Source of the DNA: Mustelus asterias
Taxonomy: Eukaryota
Length of the DNA stretch: 64,000 nucleotides
Assembly (NCBI RefSeq): GCF_964213995.1
Contig: NC_135808.1
Coordinates: forward strand, 1,798,001-1,862,000
Reading direction: 5' to 3'
The notes beneath the pieces were generated by a model, which worked only from the letters and a program-made list of their open reading frames with translations, was not told the origin of the DNA and searched no databases. How positions within the stretch are numbered: position 1 is the stretch's first letter; every line of letters starts with the position of its first letter. Below are positions 51,101 through 62,167 of this stretch, piece after piece. The translations under genes were made by a program, and so were the position numbers.

Positions 51101-54100
51101 GAGAGATACAAAAGGGTCCAGAGGGCAATTTTTTCACACAGAGAGTGGTGAGTGTCTGGAACGAGCTGCCAGAGGCAGTAGTAGAGGCGGGTACAATTTT
51201 GTCTTTAAAAAAGCATTTAGACAGTTACATGGGTAAGATGGGTATAGAGAGATATGGGCCAAAGGTGGGCAGTTGGGACTAGCTTAGTGGTTAAAAACTG
51301 GGTGGCATGGAGAAGTTGGGCCGAAGGGCCTGTTTCCATGCAGTGAACCTCTGTGGCCAATATTTTCGCTCAGTCGAGGCTCGAACAATTCCACCCGAGG
51401 CCAATGCAGAATTCCGCTCTCTGAGCTGCGCTCCCCGATTCTGGGGCAGGCGAATCGTGGAGCGCAGCTCACAGAGGGTTTCAACTGAGGCAAGGCTGGG
51501 TAGGCCGGCCTAGATACTACCTGGCCCAATGTAAAACCCCAGAGAGCTTGGGGTGGTTGATAACCGGCTGGAAAGTCCTCTCGAGCCTGCTCTGTCATTC
51601 CTGTAGATCACCGTAATATCCCCATAAACCTTGAGAAATCCATCAATCTCAGTCTCAATCAGACTCAATGACTGAACCTCCACAACTCCCAGGATAGAGA
51701 ATCCCACACATTCACCACCCTCTGGGTGAAGAAATTTCTCCTCACCTCAGTTCTAAAAGGTTTAAACTTTATCCTCAAACTATGACCCCCTAGTTCTGGA
51801 CTCCCCACCATCAGGAACATTCTTTCTGAATCTACCCTGTCTAACCCTGTTAGAATTTTATAAGTTTCTATGAGATCCCCTCTCTTCTAAACTCCAGTGA
51901 ATATAATCCTAACTGACTTAGTCTCTCCTCATATGACAGACCTGCCATCCCAGGAATCAGTGTGGTAAACCTTCACTGTACTCCCTCTATAGCAAGGACA
52001 TCCTTCCTCAGATAAGGACACCAAAACTGCACACAATACTCCAGGTGTGACCTCACCAACGCCCTGTACAATTGCAGCAAAACATCCCTATCCCGATACT
52101 CAAATCCTCTCACCATGAAAGGCCAACATACCATTTGCCTTTTTTACTGCCTGCTGTACCTGCGTGCTTACGAGGACTCCAAGGTCTGGCTGAGTATCCA
52201 TCTCTCTCAACTGACACCCATTCCTAATATTGCTCCCAAAGTGGATAACCTGACATTTCGCCACATTATATTTGCCACATTTGCCCCACTTGCATGTTAG
52301 CTTTCTGTAAGTCATGAACAAGGAAGCCAGCTCTCTTCCTGTCCCTATTTGAAGCGATGTAACGAAGTACAGCTAATGCATTCACCCCCAAAGCTGTCGG
52401 GAGAACCCAGATATAATGGATGGAATTTTACAGTCCCGTCACTTAAGAGCAGAAGAACTCGGAGCAGGAGTCGACGTCTGGCCCCTCGAGCCTGCTCCGC
52501 CACTCAATAAGATCATAGCTGATCTTTTCGTGGACTCAGCTCCACTTACCCACCTGCTCACCATACACTGAGGTCCTGGAAAATGCAGCGAGGCCTTCAG
52601 CGGGACTGGAAGACCCCTGCTTGCAGAAAGGGGCTGGAAAATTCCACCCAATGTGCTAATCCGTTCCGATCTTTGGATCCCGAACACGAGAGATCGATGC
52701 GAGCTGGGGGCAGTAATTTTATGTTGTCTATCTTTGTCCTGGGTTGTGTTTCCACGCCTGTTGGTTCAGCTCCAGTTGTTGTTTCCATTCCAGCTCCCTC
52801 GCCGTCTCCCCCTCTGGTTTACTTCCACAATCCGCACCCCGAGGATATCTTCCAGAGGAAGAACGTCTCGCTGCTGTGTGTGGCCGAGGACTTCTTCCCG
52901 GCTGAACTCACCATCTCCTGGCGTGTGAACGGTGAGCTGGTCCATGCGGGGGTCTCCCCATCTCCCTCCCTATTGGCTGACAACGGCACCTACTCGAAGA
53001 TCAGCAAACTGACCATCGAGACGTCTGATTGGATCAGAGGTTCTATCGTCAGCTGCAAAGTATCGCATGAAACGTTATCCTCGCCAATAACCAAGCACGT
53101 CAGTAACACCGGTACGTTTACATCGAGTCGCTTCTTAAGGAGCTATTCTGGGGTAGAAAGTCAGAATGAGAGGACTAACCTCCCAGGAGAGAAAGAAACA
53201 ATTTGGACCAATATCCTCGTTTCTCCATTTCACCGTTCCTTCTGGGTTCCCAATATCGGTTCTGCTGATTACAATTGGCTGATTCCAATTCCGTCCCCAC
53301 CCCCAGCACCCCCTTACCCCTGCACATCACCAACCCCCCACTCCCACCATCCTCAACCCTCCCCCCCTCCCCCACCACCCCCGTTCTACCCAAGGTGGTT
53401 TCCAACCGCGTTGGGCCTCTTTCTGGCAACACGGTGGCACAGTGGTTAGCACTGCTGCCTCACAGTGCCAGGCACCCGGGTTCAATTCCTGGCTTGGCTC
53501 ACTGTCTGTGTGGAGTTTGCACATTCTCCCCGTGTCTGTGTGGGTTTCCTCCCACAGTCTGAAAGACGTGCTGGTTGGGTGCATTGGCCGTGCTAAATTC
53601 TCCCTCAGTGTCCCTGAACAGGCACCGGAGTGTGGCAACTGGAGGATTTTCACAGTAACTTCATTGCAGTGTTAATGTAAGCCTACTTGTGACCCTAATA
53701 AATAAACTTCCCTCCTTTGCTCATTCTGGAACTAGAATGCCTGCGAAGAATACATTCATCAGGACAAAGTAGCCCCACAAACACCCACTCCCTCCACCAC
53801 CGACGCACAGTGACAGCCGTGTGTACCATCTACAAGATGCACTGCAGCAACTCACCAAGGTTCCTTAGGCAGCACCTTCCAAACCCATGACCACTTCCAT
53901 CTAGAAGGACAAGGGCAGCAGATACATGGGAATACCACCACCTGGAGGTTCCCCTCCAAGTCACTCACCATCCCGACTTGGAAATATATCGGCCATTCCT
54001 TCACTGTCGCTGGGTCAAAGTCCTGGAGCTCCCTCCCTAACAGCACTGTGGGTGTACCTACACCTCAGGGACTTCAGCGGGTTCGAGAAGGCAGCTCACC

Positions 54101-57100
54101 ACCACCTTCTCAAGGGGCAATTAGGGATGGGCAATAAATACTGGCCTAGCCAGCGACACCCACATCCCGTAAATTAATAAAGCAAGAACACTGTCTCACC
54201 GAGAGTGATCACTCGCTGTTTGCCTGGGTTTGGAGTCCCAGATACTGGATTTGTTGCAGGAACAAGCCGATTCTCGAATGCAATGCTTGCTGAGTGGCTA
54301 AAATTCAATCCTCCAGAGGTGTTGGGGCAGGGGAGGGGATGGGGATGGTGGGGTGGAGGGGAGAGGGTGGGATTGGGACGGGAGGGGGTGGGGTTGGGGA
54401 GGAGAGAAGGGGGAGGGGTTGGTGGAGGGGAGGGGGTGGGGTAGGTTGGGGGATGGGGTTGTGGGGGTTCAGGAGTGGGGAGAGGGGGTGGGGTTGTGGT
54501 GGGGGTGGAGTTGTAGGGAGGTGGGGTTGTGGGGGGGAGGGCGTAGGGTTGTGGGGGTTGGGAGGGGTGGGGGGAGGGGGTTTGTGGGGGGATGTGGGGG
54601 TGGGTTTACAGAATGGGGGAAGGGGGAGGTGGTAACTTGATCTTTCAATGTCAGTGCAGTATCAGAAGGAGGTCCCATGTGGCGCAGTGGGTTAGTGTCC
54701 CTGCCTCTGAGCCAGAAGCTCCGGGTTCGAGTCCCACCCCAGGACTGGACGGCCGAGGAAGGTGCGATCATAACGCGGCCAAACAGGTCGAGTGTCAACC
54801 AGCAAATCCTTCCAAACAGGCCACTGGCTGGGGGTGAGAGCGGGAGAGATTCCTGGTCAACCATGTTTGATGTGGAATGGCGCCCCTCAAGCTATAAACC
54901 CCCTGGCAACAGACTAGTGACCTGTCCTGGGAATAACTAGCTATGGAAACAGAGGAAAGTCTGCCTTAGTGCACCACTAGGTGCAGGAAGAGAAGCAACA
55001 ATATTGAGTGACCAGGTGAGATCAGATGGATCGCTCCTGATGTCAATACAGTTGCAATGTTAATGGAAACCTAGTTGGGAAACGGCCCTGAATGTGCTCA
55101 ATAAGAGGCCACTTGAGGTGTTCAACTATCGGCAAGAGTGGGTGACACCTGCTGGGAATCTCAATATGAATCACCTGGGACTTTGATGGTGGGTAATAGT
55201 GCGCGGGGTCAGAAAGCAGTGACAGTGATGGCTTCCTACGTGCGAGTATCCGGATGGTATTTGGTCCCACTCACCAGGACGCGATGTTGCTTTGACCTCT
55301 TGAGTTGACACTGTTTGTGATTGGTCTGCAGAGCGGTATCCAATGGAGCCAGCGCTTTACGTCATAGCCCCGACCTTTGAGGAAATTGACATGACGGCGA
55401 AGGCGACCCTTGTCTGCCTGGCGGCCGGGTTTTACCCGATGGGCATTGCTTTCCGTTGGTTCATCGATGGAAGCCCCGTGGTCGACAACGTGAAGAGCTT
55501 CCCGTCGATTCTAAACCTGAATGGGACCTACAGTGCGCAGAGCAAGCTCACATCCAGTGCACCGAAATGGAACCAGGGCTCCGTCTACTCCTGCGAGATT
55601 CAACACATGTCGGCCCCTGATGGGATCGTTCAAACAATCAATAAAACCCTGGGTAGGATTACTCTGCCGCAGCAACACCTCTCACTGGCACAGCCTGACG
55701 TAATCTCACCATGTGTTTATAAACTGGGGGGAATGAACTGGAGATAACAACAGTCATAGAATCGCTAGATATCCATACTCTGTCCGCCTGTTACACATCC
55801 CACATCATATCAGTGCACGGTCCGCCTGTTACACACCACGCCTCATATCAATACATTGTCCGCCTGTTATACACCCTACCTCATATCAGTGCACTGTCCG
55901 CCTGTTACACACCTCATATCAATGCATTGTCCACCTGTTATACATCCCACCTCATATCAGTGCATTGTCCGCCTGTTACACACCCCACCTCATATCAGTG
56001 CACTGTCCGCCTGTTATACATCCTACCTCATATCAGTGCACTGTCCGCCTGTTATACATCCTACCTCATATCAGTGCACTGTCCGCCTGTTATACATCCT
56101 ACCTCATATCAGTGCACTGTCCGCCTGTTACACACCTCATATCAATGCATTGTCCACCTGTTATACATCCCACCTCATATCAGTGCATTGTCCGCCTGTT
56201 ACACACCCCACCTCATATCAGTGCATTGTCCGCCTGTTACACACCCCACCTCATATCAGTGCACTGTCCGCCTGTTATACATCCTACCTCATATCAGTGC
56301 ACTGTCCGCCTGTTATACATCCCACCTCATATCAGTGCAATGTCTTCCTGTTATACATCCCACCTCATATCAGTGCACTGTCCGCCTGTTATACATCCCA
56401 CCTCATATCAGTGCACTGTCCGCCTGTTACATATCCCACCTCATATCAGTGCACTGTCCGCCTGTTACACATCCCACCTCATATCAGTGCACTGTCCGCC
56501 TGTTATACATCCCACCTCATATCAGTGCACTGTCCGCCTGTTACATATCCCACCTCATATCAGTGCACTTTCTGCCTGTTACACACCCCACCTCATATCA
56601 GCGCATTGTCCGCCTGTTACACATCCCACCCATATCAGTGCATTGTCCGCCTGTTGCACATCCCACCTTGTAGTTCTATATTCACCGCCTGTTATCCATG
56701 TGCTACAACTGATGTTTCACTCCGCTGCTCTCAGTGGAATTGGGTGGGGGTCTATAAGGGGTGGTCAATGTGATCTTTCCCTGTCTTACCTCCCTATCCT
56801 CTCGCTGAATCCATTGTCTTGTGCGTAAGATTCCCAGCCTCTCAATAAAAACAGCCTCCGATTCTAAAGCCGCACTGATGGCTCTGAACAGCTGGATGGA
56901 TGTTATCTGTTGACAAAGTCTTTTATCTGTACTTTGAACAGAACTTGTCCTCCGCCAACCGACGATAACGCCCATCAAGATTCAGTCCGGAGATTCTCGA
57001 CTCCAGCAGACAGTGACTCTGGCGTGTTTTGTCTCAGGGTTTTACCCGGCTGACATCTACGTCAGCTGGAGAACAGAGCGGGGATTACAGGTGCTGGGAG

Positions 57101-57264
57101 GCGTGACGGACTTCCCAGTGGTGCAGGACACGAGTGGGACATACAGCACTGTGAGCCAGATGACCATCGCCCTTTCCGAGGTGGATCACACGCTAACGTA
57201 CATGTGTGTGGTCGGACATGAGTCTCTCACATTCCCAATTGAGAAATGGTTTCAGATCAGGTAA
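45097..57264 (+). CDS. UrIg: Non-rearranging secreted immunoglobulin-like gene (leader-VJ-C1-C1-C1), UrIg-like; join(45097..45133,49532..49909,52794..53111,55332..55652,56942..57264), or C3 spliced at 57260 to 61602..61605; 458 aa either way
   Basis: Five exons with canonical AG/GT sites, all joined in phase 1 as for Ig-domain exons, giving an uninterrupted ORF: signal peptide, V-set domain, three C1-set domains. No TM exon or RSS seen. The name comes from recalled architecture of shark UrIg, not from an alignment. Confidence 0.8.
47178..48150 (-). mobile_element. 5'-truncated CR1 LINE nested inside a Rex1-like fragment (47027-47177 and 48151-48382)
   Basis: FADD and [11 protein letters not shown] motifs, (TTCTTTG) tail. 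The host sequence agctagggtgtagagaaa...gatcgactt resumes on the other side. Confidence 0.88.
49532..49909 (+). CDS. UrIg: Ig-like gene exon 2: V-set domain with germline-encoded CDR3 and J-like G strand
   Basis: Acceptor tttgtccacAG (49531), donor GCCG|GTAGGT (49910). Motifs [29 protein letters not shown], then [24 protein letters not shown]. Confidence 0.93.
52794..53111 (+). CDS. UrIg: Ig-like gene exon 3: C1-set constant domain 1
   Basis: Acceptor ttccattccAG (52793; in-phase alternatives end at 52769 and 52775), donor ACCG|GTACGT. Motifs [41 protein letters not shown]. Confidence 0.92.
54320..54632 (+). repeat. G-rich low-complexity tract (G-quadruplex-prone) in the C1-C2 intron
   Basis: Dozens of G3-G7 runs on the plus strand. 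Confidence 0.85.
54675..54995 (+). mobile_element. Third tRNA-headed SINE-like repeat (copies at 17097-17265, 60668-60725, 61110-61455)
   Basis: gtggcgcagtgg (A box), ggttcgagtccc (B box), shared body and 3' end gcaccactaggtgcaggaagagaa. Confidence 0.65.
55332..55652 (+). CDS. UrIg: Ig-like gene exon 4: C1-set constant domain 2
   Basis: Acceptor ctgcAG (55331), donor CTGG|GTAGGA. Motifs [48 protein letters not shown]. Confidence 0.93.
55780..56670. repeat. 38-bp minisatellite (about 24 copies) in the C2-C3 intron
   Basis: Unit catatcagtgcactgtccgcctgttacacatcccacct with 33-bp variants. Confidence 0.96.
56942..57264 (+). CDS. UrIg: Ig-like gene exon 5: C1-set constant domain 3, ending FQIR* (or spliced at 57260)
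   Basis: Acceptor tttgaacAG (56941). Motifs [44 protein letters not shown]. In-frame TAA at 57262-57264 overlaps a donor-like CAG|GTAAAC. Confidence 0.92.
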
Positions 57265-58209
57265 ACTCTGCAATTTGTCCTGTCCCATAAACTTAAAATC
57301 CACTGGTTAATTGCCACGTACGAGAGACGGCGCTGTAGTGGTATTGTCACTGGGCTATTGATCCACAGACCCAGGGTAACGCTCTCGGGATCCGCATTCG
57401 AATCCCGCCACGGCAGATGGTGAAATTTGAATTTACTAAAATCTGGAATTTAAAAAGTCCAATGAAACCATTGTTGATTGTTGGAAAAACCCATCTGCTT
57501 CACTAATGTCCTTTAGGGAAGGAAATCTGCCATTCTTACCCCAACTAGCCGTCTGTGTAAAGTTTACACGTTCTCTGCGTGTCTGCATGGGTTTCCTCCG
57601 GGTGCTCTGGTTTCCTCCCACAGTCCGAAAGCTGGTTAGGTGGATTGGCCGTGCTAAATTGACCCTTAGTGTCAGGGGGATTAGCAGGGTAAATATGTGG
57701 GGTTGTATGTGGGCGGCACGGTAGCACAGTGGTTAGCACTGCTGCTTCACAGCTCCAGGGACCTGGGTTCGATTCCCGGCTCGGGTCACTGTCTGTGTGG
57801 AGTTTGCACATTCTCCTCGTGTCTGCGTGGGTTTCCTCCGGATGCTCCGGTTTCCTCCCACAGTCCAAAGATGTGCGGGTTAGGTTGATTGGCCATGCTA
57901 AAAATTGCCCTTAGTGTCCTGAGATGCGTAGGTTGGAGGGATTAGCGGGTAGATATGGGGGTAGGGCCTGGGTGGGATTGTGGTCAGTGCAGACTCGATG
58001 GGCCGAATGGCCTCTTTCTGTACTGTAGGGTTTCTATGATTTCTACAACAAAGTTTATGAAGTTTATTTATGAGTATCACAAGTAGGCTTACATTAACAC
58101 TGCAATGAAGTTACTATGAAAATCCTCTAGTCGCCACACTCCGGCGCCTGTTTGGGTACACTGAGGGAGAATTTAGCACGGCCAATGCACCTAACCAGCA
58201 CGTCTTAAC

Positions 58210-58810
58210 CAACATTGAGTTTAAAAATTGGCAAGTCATGTTGCAGCTTTATAGAACCTTAGTTAGGCCACACTTGGAATATAGTGTTCAATTCTGGTCG
58301 CCACATGACCAGAAGGATGTGGAGCTTTGGAGAGGGTACAGAAAAGATTTACCAGGATGTTGCCTGGCATGGAGGGCATTAGCTATGAGGAGGGGTTGGA
58401 GAAACTTGGTTTGTTCTCACTAGAACAACGGAGGTTGAAGGGCGACCTGATAGAAGTCTACAAGATTATGATGAGCATGGACAGAGTGGATAGGCAGAAG
58501 CATTTTCCCAGGGTGGAAGAGTCAAGTACTAGGGAGCACAGGTTTAAGCTGCGAGGGGCAAGGTTTAAAGGAGACGTACAAGGCAAGTTTTTTACACAGA
58601 GGGTGGTGGGTGCCTGGAACTTGCTGTAGGGGGAGGTAGTTGAAGCAGATATGATAGTGACATTTAAGGGGCATCACTATGGGATGGGAATGGAGGGATA
58701 TGGTCCCCGGAAGGGTCGGGGGTTTTAGTTCAGTAGGGCAGCATGGTCGGTGCAGGCTTGGAGGGCCGAAGGGCCTGTTCCTGTGCTGTAATTTTCTTTG
58801 TTCTTTGTCT
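58210..58810 (+). mobile_element. CR1 3' fragment inserted into a SINE
   Basis: [15 protein letters not shown] and [12 protein letters not shown] motifs; the SINE is interrupted at cacgtct. Confidence 0.8.
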
Positions 58811-59608
58811 TTCGGACTGTGGGAGGAAACCGGAGCACCCGAAGGAAACCCACGCAGATTCAGGGAGAACATGGAAACTCTGCACAGTCACCCAAGGCTG
58901 GATTTGAACCCGGATTCCTGTTGCTGTGAGGCAACAGTGCGAACCACTGTGCCACCATGCCACCCTAGGAATAGGGCCTGGGGTGGGTTTGTGGTCGGTG
59001 CAGACTCGATGGATTGAATGGCCTCCTTCTGCACTGTAGGGATTCTGTGAGTATGCGTGACTCCAGAGCCACAGCAATGTGGTTGACTCTGAACTGCCCT
59101 CTGAAATGGCCGAGCGCGACACTCAGTTCAAGGGCAACTAGGGATTGGCAGTAAATGTTGGCCCAGCCGGCGACGAATGAATAAAAAAGCCTGTCTACCA
59201 ATCAGTACTTTTTTTGTCTTGTGGTAGCAACTTTTGAGATGGTTTGAAATTTGGTATTCTTGTGTTTGTCCTGATGAGTGCAAGATGAAAAGCTTCATCA
59301 GCAATATTGAAGAAAACGAATGTTGATGAGATGGGAGCATTAAATTTAAGTTTATTTAAAGTTTATTTTATTTATTAGTCACAAGTAGGCTTACATTAAC
59401 ACTGCAATGAAGTAACTGTGAAAATCCTCGAGTTGCTACACTCCGGCGCCTGCTCGGGTACTGAGGGAGAATTTAACATGGCCAATGCACCTAACCAGCA
59501 CGTCTTTCACACTGTGGGAGGAAAGCAGAGCATCCGGAGGAAACCCACGCAGACACGGGGAGAACATGCAAACTCCACACAGACAGTGACGCGAGGCTGG
59601 AATCGAAC

Positions 59609-60558
59609 CCGGGTCCCTGGCGCTGTGAGGCAGCAGTGCTAAGCACTGTTTGACCGGGTCCTTGGCGCTGTGAGGCAGCAGTGCTAACCACTGTTTGACC
59701 GGGTCCCTGGCGCTGTGAGACAGCAGTGCTAACCACTGTTTGACCGGGTCCCTGGAGCAGTGAGACAGCAGTGCTAACCACTGTATGACCGGGTCCCTGG
59801 AGCAGTGAGACAGCAGTGCTAACCACTGTTTGACTGAGTCCCTGGCACTGTGAGGCAGCAGTGCTAACCACTGTTTGACTGAGTCCCTGGCACTGTGAGG
59901 CAGCAGGGCTAACCACTGTTTGACTGAGTCCCTGGCACTGTGAGGCAGCAGGGCTAACCACTGTTTGACTGAGTCCCTGGCACTGTGAGGCAGCAGGGCT
60001 AACCACTGTTTGACTGAGTCCCTGGCGCTGTGAGGCAGCAGGGCTAACCACTGTTTGACTGAGTCCCTGGCACTGTGAGGCAGCAGGGCTAACCACTGTT
60101 TGACTGGGTCCCTGACGCAGTGAGACAGCAGGGCTAACCACTGTTTGACTGGGTCCCTGACGCAGTGAGACAGCAGGGCTAACCACTGTTTGACTGGGTC
60201 CCTGACGCAGTGAGACAGCAGTGCTAACCACTGTTTGACTGAGTCCCTGGCACTGTGAGGCAGCAGGGCTAACCACTGTTTGACCGGGTCCCTGGCGCTG
60301 TGAGGCAGCAGGGCTAACCACTGTTTGACCGGGTCCCTGGCGCTGTGAGGCAGCAGGGCTAACCACTGTTTGACCGGGTCCCTGGCACTGTGAGGCAGCA
60401 GGGCTAACCACTGTTTGACCGGGTCCCTGGCGCTGTGAGGCAGCAGGGCTAACCACTGTTTGACCGGGTCCCTGGCGCAGTGAGACAGCAGTGCTAACCA
60501 CTGTTTGTCCGGGTCCCTAGTGCAGTGAGACAGCAGTGTTAACCACTGTTTGACCGGT
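59609..60558 (-). repeat. 45-bp tandem array (about 21 copies) derived from the SINE tRNA-like head
   Basis: Unit ccgggtccctggcgctgtgaggcagcagtgctaaccactgtttga, contiguous with a SINE body at 59350-59640. Confidence 0.95.
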
Positions 60559-61286
60559 TCCGAGGGAAACCTTGTCCTTTCAGTTTAAATTCAGTTTAAA
60601 ATAGACCCTCCATTTTATAAAGCTGAACCCACTGGCACTTCATATCTTATTGGAGGGCTTCGATCTGGTGGCGCAGTGGGTAGCGTGCCTCCCTCTGAGT
60701 TCTGGCTTCAAATCTCACCTCAGGACTTGTTCTTTATTGGTTTGGGGATGCAGACATCATTGGCCAGGCCCGCATTTGTTGTTCGTCCCTAACTGCCCTT
60801 TGACTGAATTGTATTTCAGGGGCAATTAGGAGTCAACCATATTGCTGTGGCTCTGGAGTCACATGTAGGTCAGACCGGGTAAGGATGGCAGATTTCCTTT
60901 CCTAAAGGACATTTGTGACCCAGATGGGTTTTTATGACATTCGATGATGGTCATCATTAGACTTTTTTAAATTCCAGATTTAATTGAATTCCACTCTCAC
61001 CATCTGCCATGGCGAGATTCGAACCCAGAGAAATTACTCTGCGTCTCTGAATTACTAGTCCAGTGACAATACTGCTGCTCCATCAGCTCCCCTACTCGCT
61101 GGTCAAGGAACGAGGGTTCATAACGCGGTCAAATAGGTTGAGTGTCAACCTGTAAAATCCTTCCAAAGATGCTAATGGCTGGTGGTAAGAGTGGGAGAGA
61201 CTCCTGGTCAGCCATGTTTGATGTGGAGTGGCGCCCCTCAAGCTATAAACCCCCTGGCGACAGTCTAGTGATCTGTCCCGGGAACT

Positions 61287-61388
61287 GATAACCACTCCAT
61301 CTGACGAAGGAGCTGTGGTCCGAAAGCTTATGGTATTTGCTACCAAATAAACCTGTTGGACTTTAACCTGGTGTTGTGAGACTTCTTA
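61287..61388 (+). mobile_element. Penelope-like element end containing a minimal hammerhead ribozyme motif, flanked by a 9-bp duplication
   Basis: CCAT-CTGACGA-AGGAGCTGTGGTCC-GAAA-GCTT-ATGG then AATAAA; CCGGGAACT at both 61278-61286 and 61389-61397; insert absent from the paralogous host repeat near 54930. Confidence 0.7.
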
Positions 61389-61601
61389 CCGGGAACTACT
61401 AGCCATGGAAACAGAGGAAAGTCTGCCCTAGTGCACCGCTAGTTGCGGGAAGAGAATTGGGATTGTGGTGTTTTAATTATAATATTAATGCGTGACCCTT
61501 CCCCGTCAGTACATCCACACAGAAAGGCCCTAATCTCTCAATTTAATTCCGACAATCGGTCGTTTATGCATTTGCTAAATAAATTGTTTCTTCTCTTTTA
61601 G

Positions 61602-61832
61602 CTGACAAGAAGTCCAATTGGCTGAAACGTTCCACTCTTCCCCCAGGCACTGGGGCGACGGGCATCGTGGGAAACCATGATCTGGTTCCGATAGTCACCT
61701 GATGTGAAAATAATAACACTATTCCCCCCCTACCCCCGCTGTTGAGATTTTACTCAATATTATGTCATTAACATACGAACAACCGACCTCGAGGAATGTG
61801 AATTCATGTTAAAGAGGCAAGTATCAAATAAA
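61602..61832 (+). other. Candidate terminal exon / 3' UTR of the Ig-like gene
   Basis: Strong pyrimidine tract and acceptor ttgtttcttctcttttAG (61601) in unique sequence. A phase-2 join from C3 gives Ser then TGA (61603-61605). AATAAA at 61827-61832. Confidence 0.45.
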
Positions 61833-62167
61833 GCTTCATACATCTCTGCGTAATTCCTTTCTTCAAAAACTCCAGATGCACAACCTCACTTTTCAAAATG
61901 CACCAATTAGCACAGAATGTAAAATCAATTGTAGATTGTGAACACAGCAGCTGGGCCCCATTGGAGGCAACATTATAAACAGCACAGCGGAGGAAGGGAA
62001 GAAACAAAATCCTGAGCAAGTGTTGAATGGTTTAATTTCTAATCACAATGATAATCTCCAACGTACTGACGCCCGTCCGTGCATTAATTATCAGATCATT
62101 CTGAGGCGCGGTTTTGATCATGGAGTGTATGATCTTACTGGGTTCTCATTTCTTCACTTTATCTTTA

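Noticed and set aside
53436-53446. RSS heptamer CACAGTG near Ig exons (many copies in the window)
   Set aside because: Part of the SINE A-box (ggcacagtgg); no nonamer at 12/23 spacing and not adjacent to a coding segment.
55813-56828. Three overlapping ~290-300-aa Cys/His-rich ORFs
   Set aside because: Stop-free translations of the 38-bp minisatellite.
59491-60501. 336-aa repetitive ORF
   Set aside because: Translation of the 45-bp SINE-head array.
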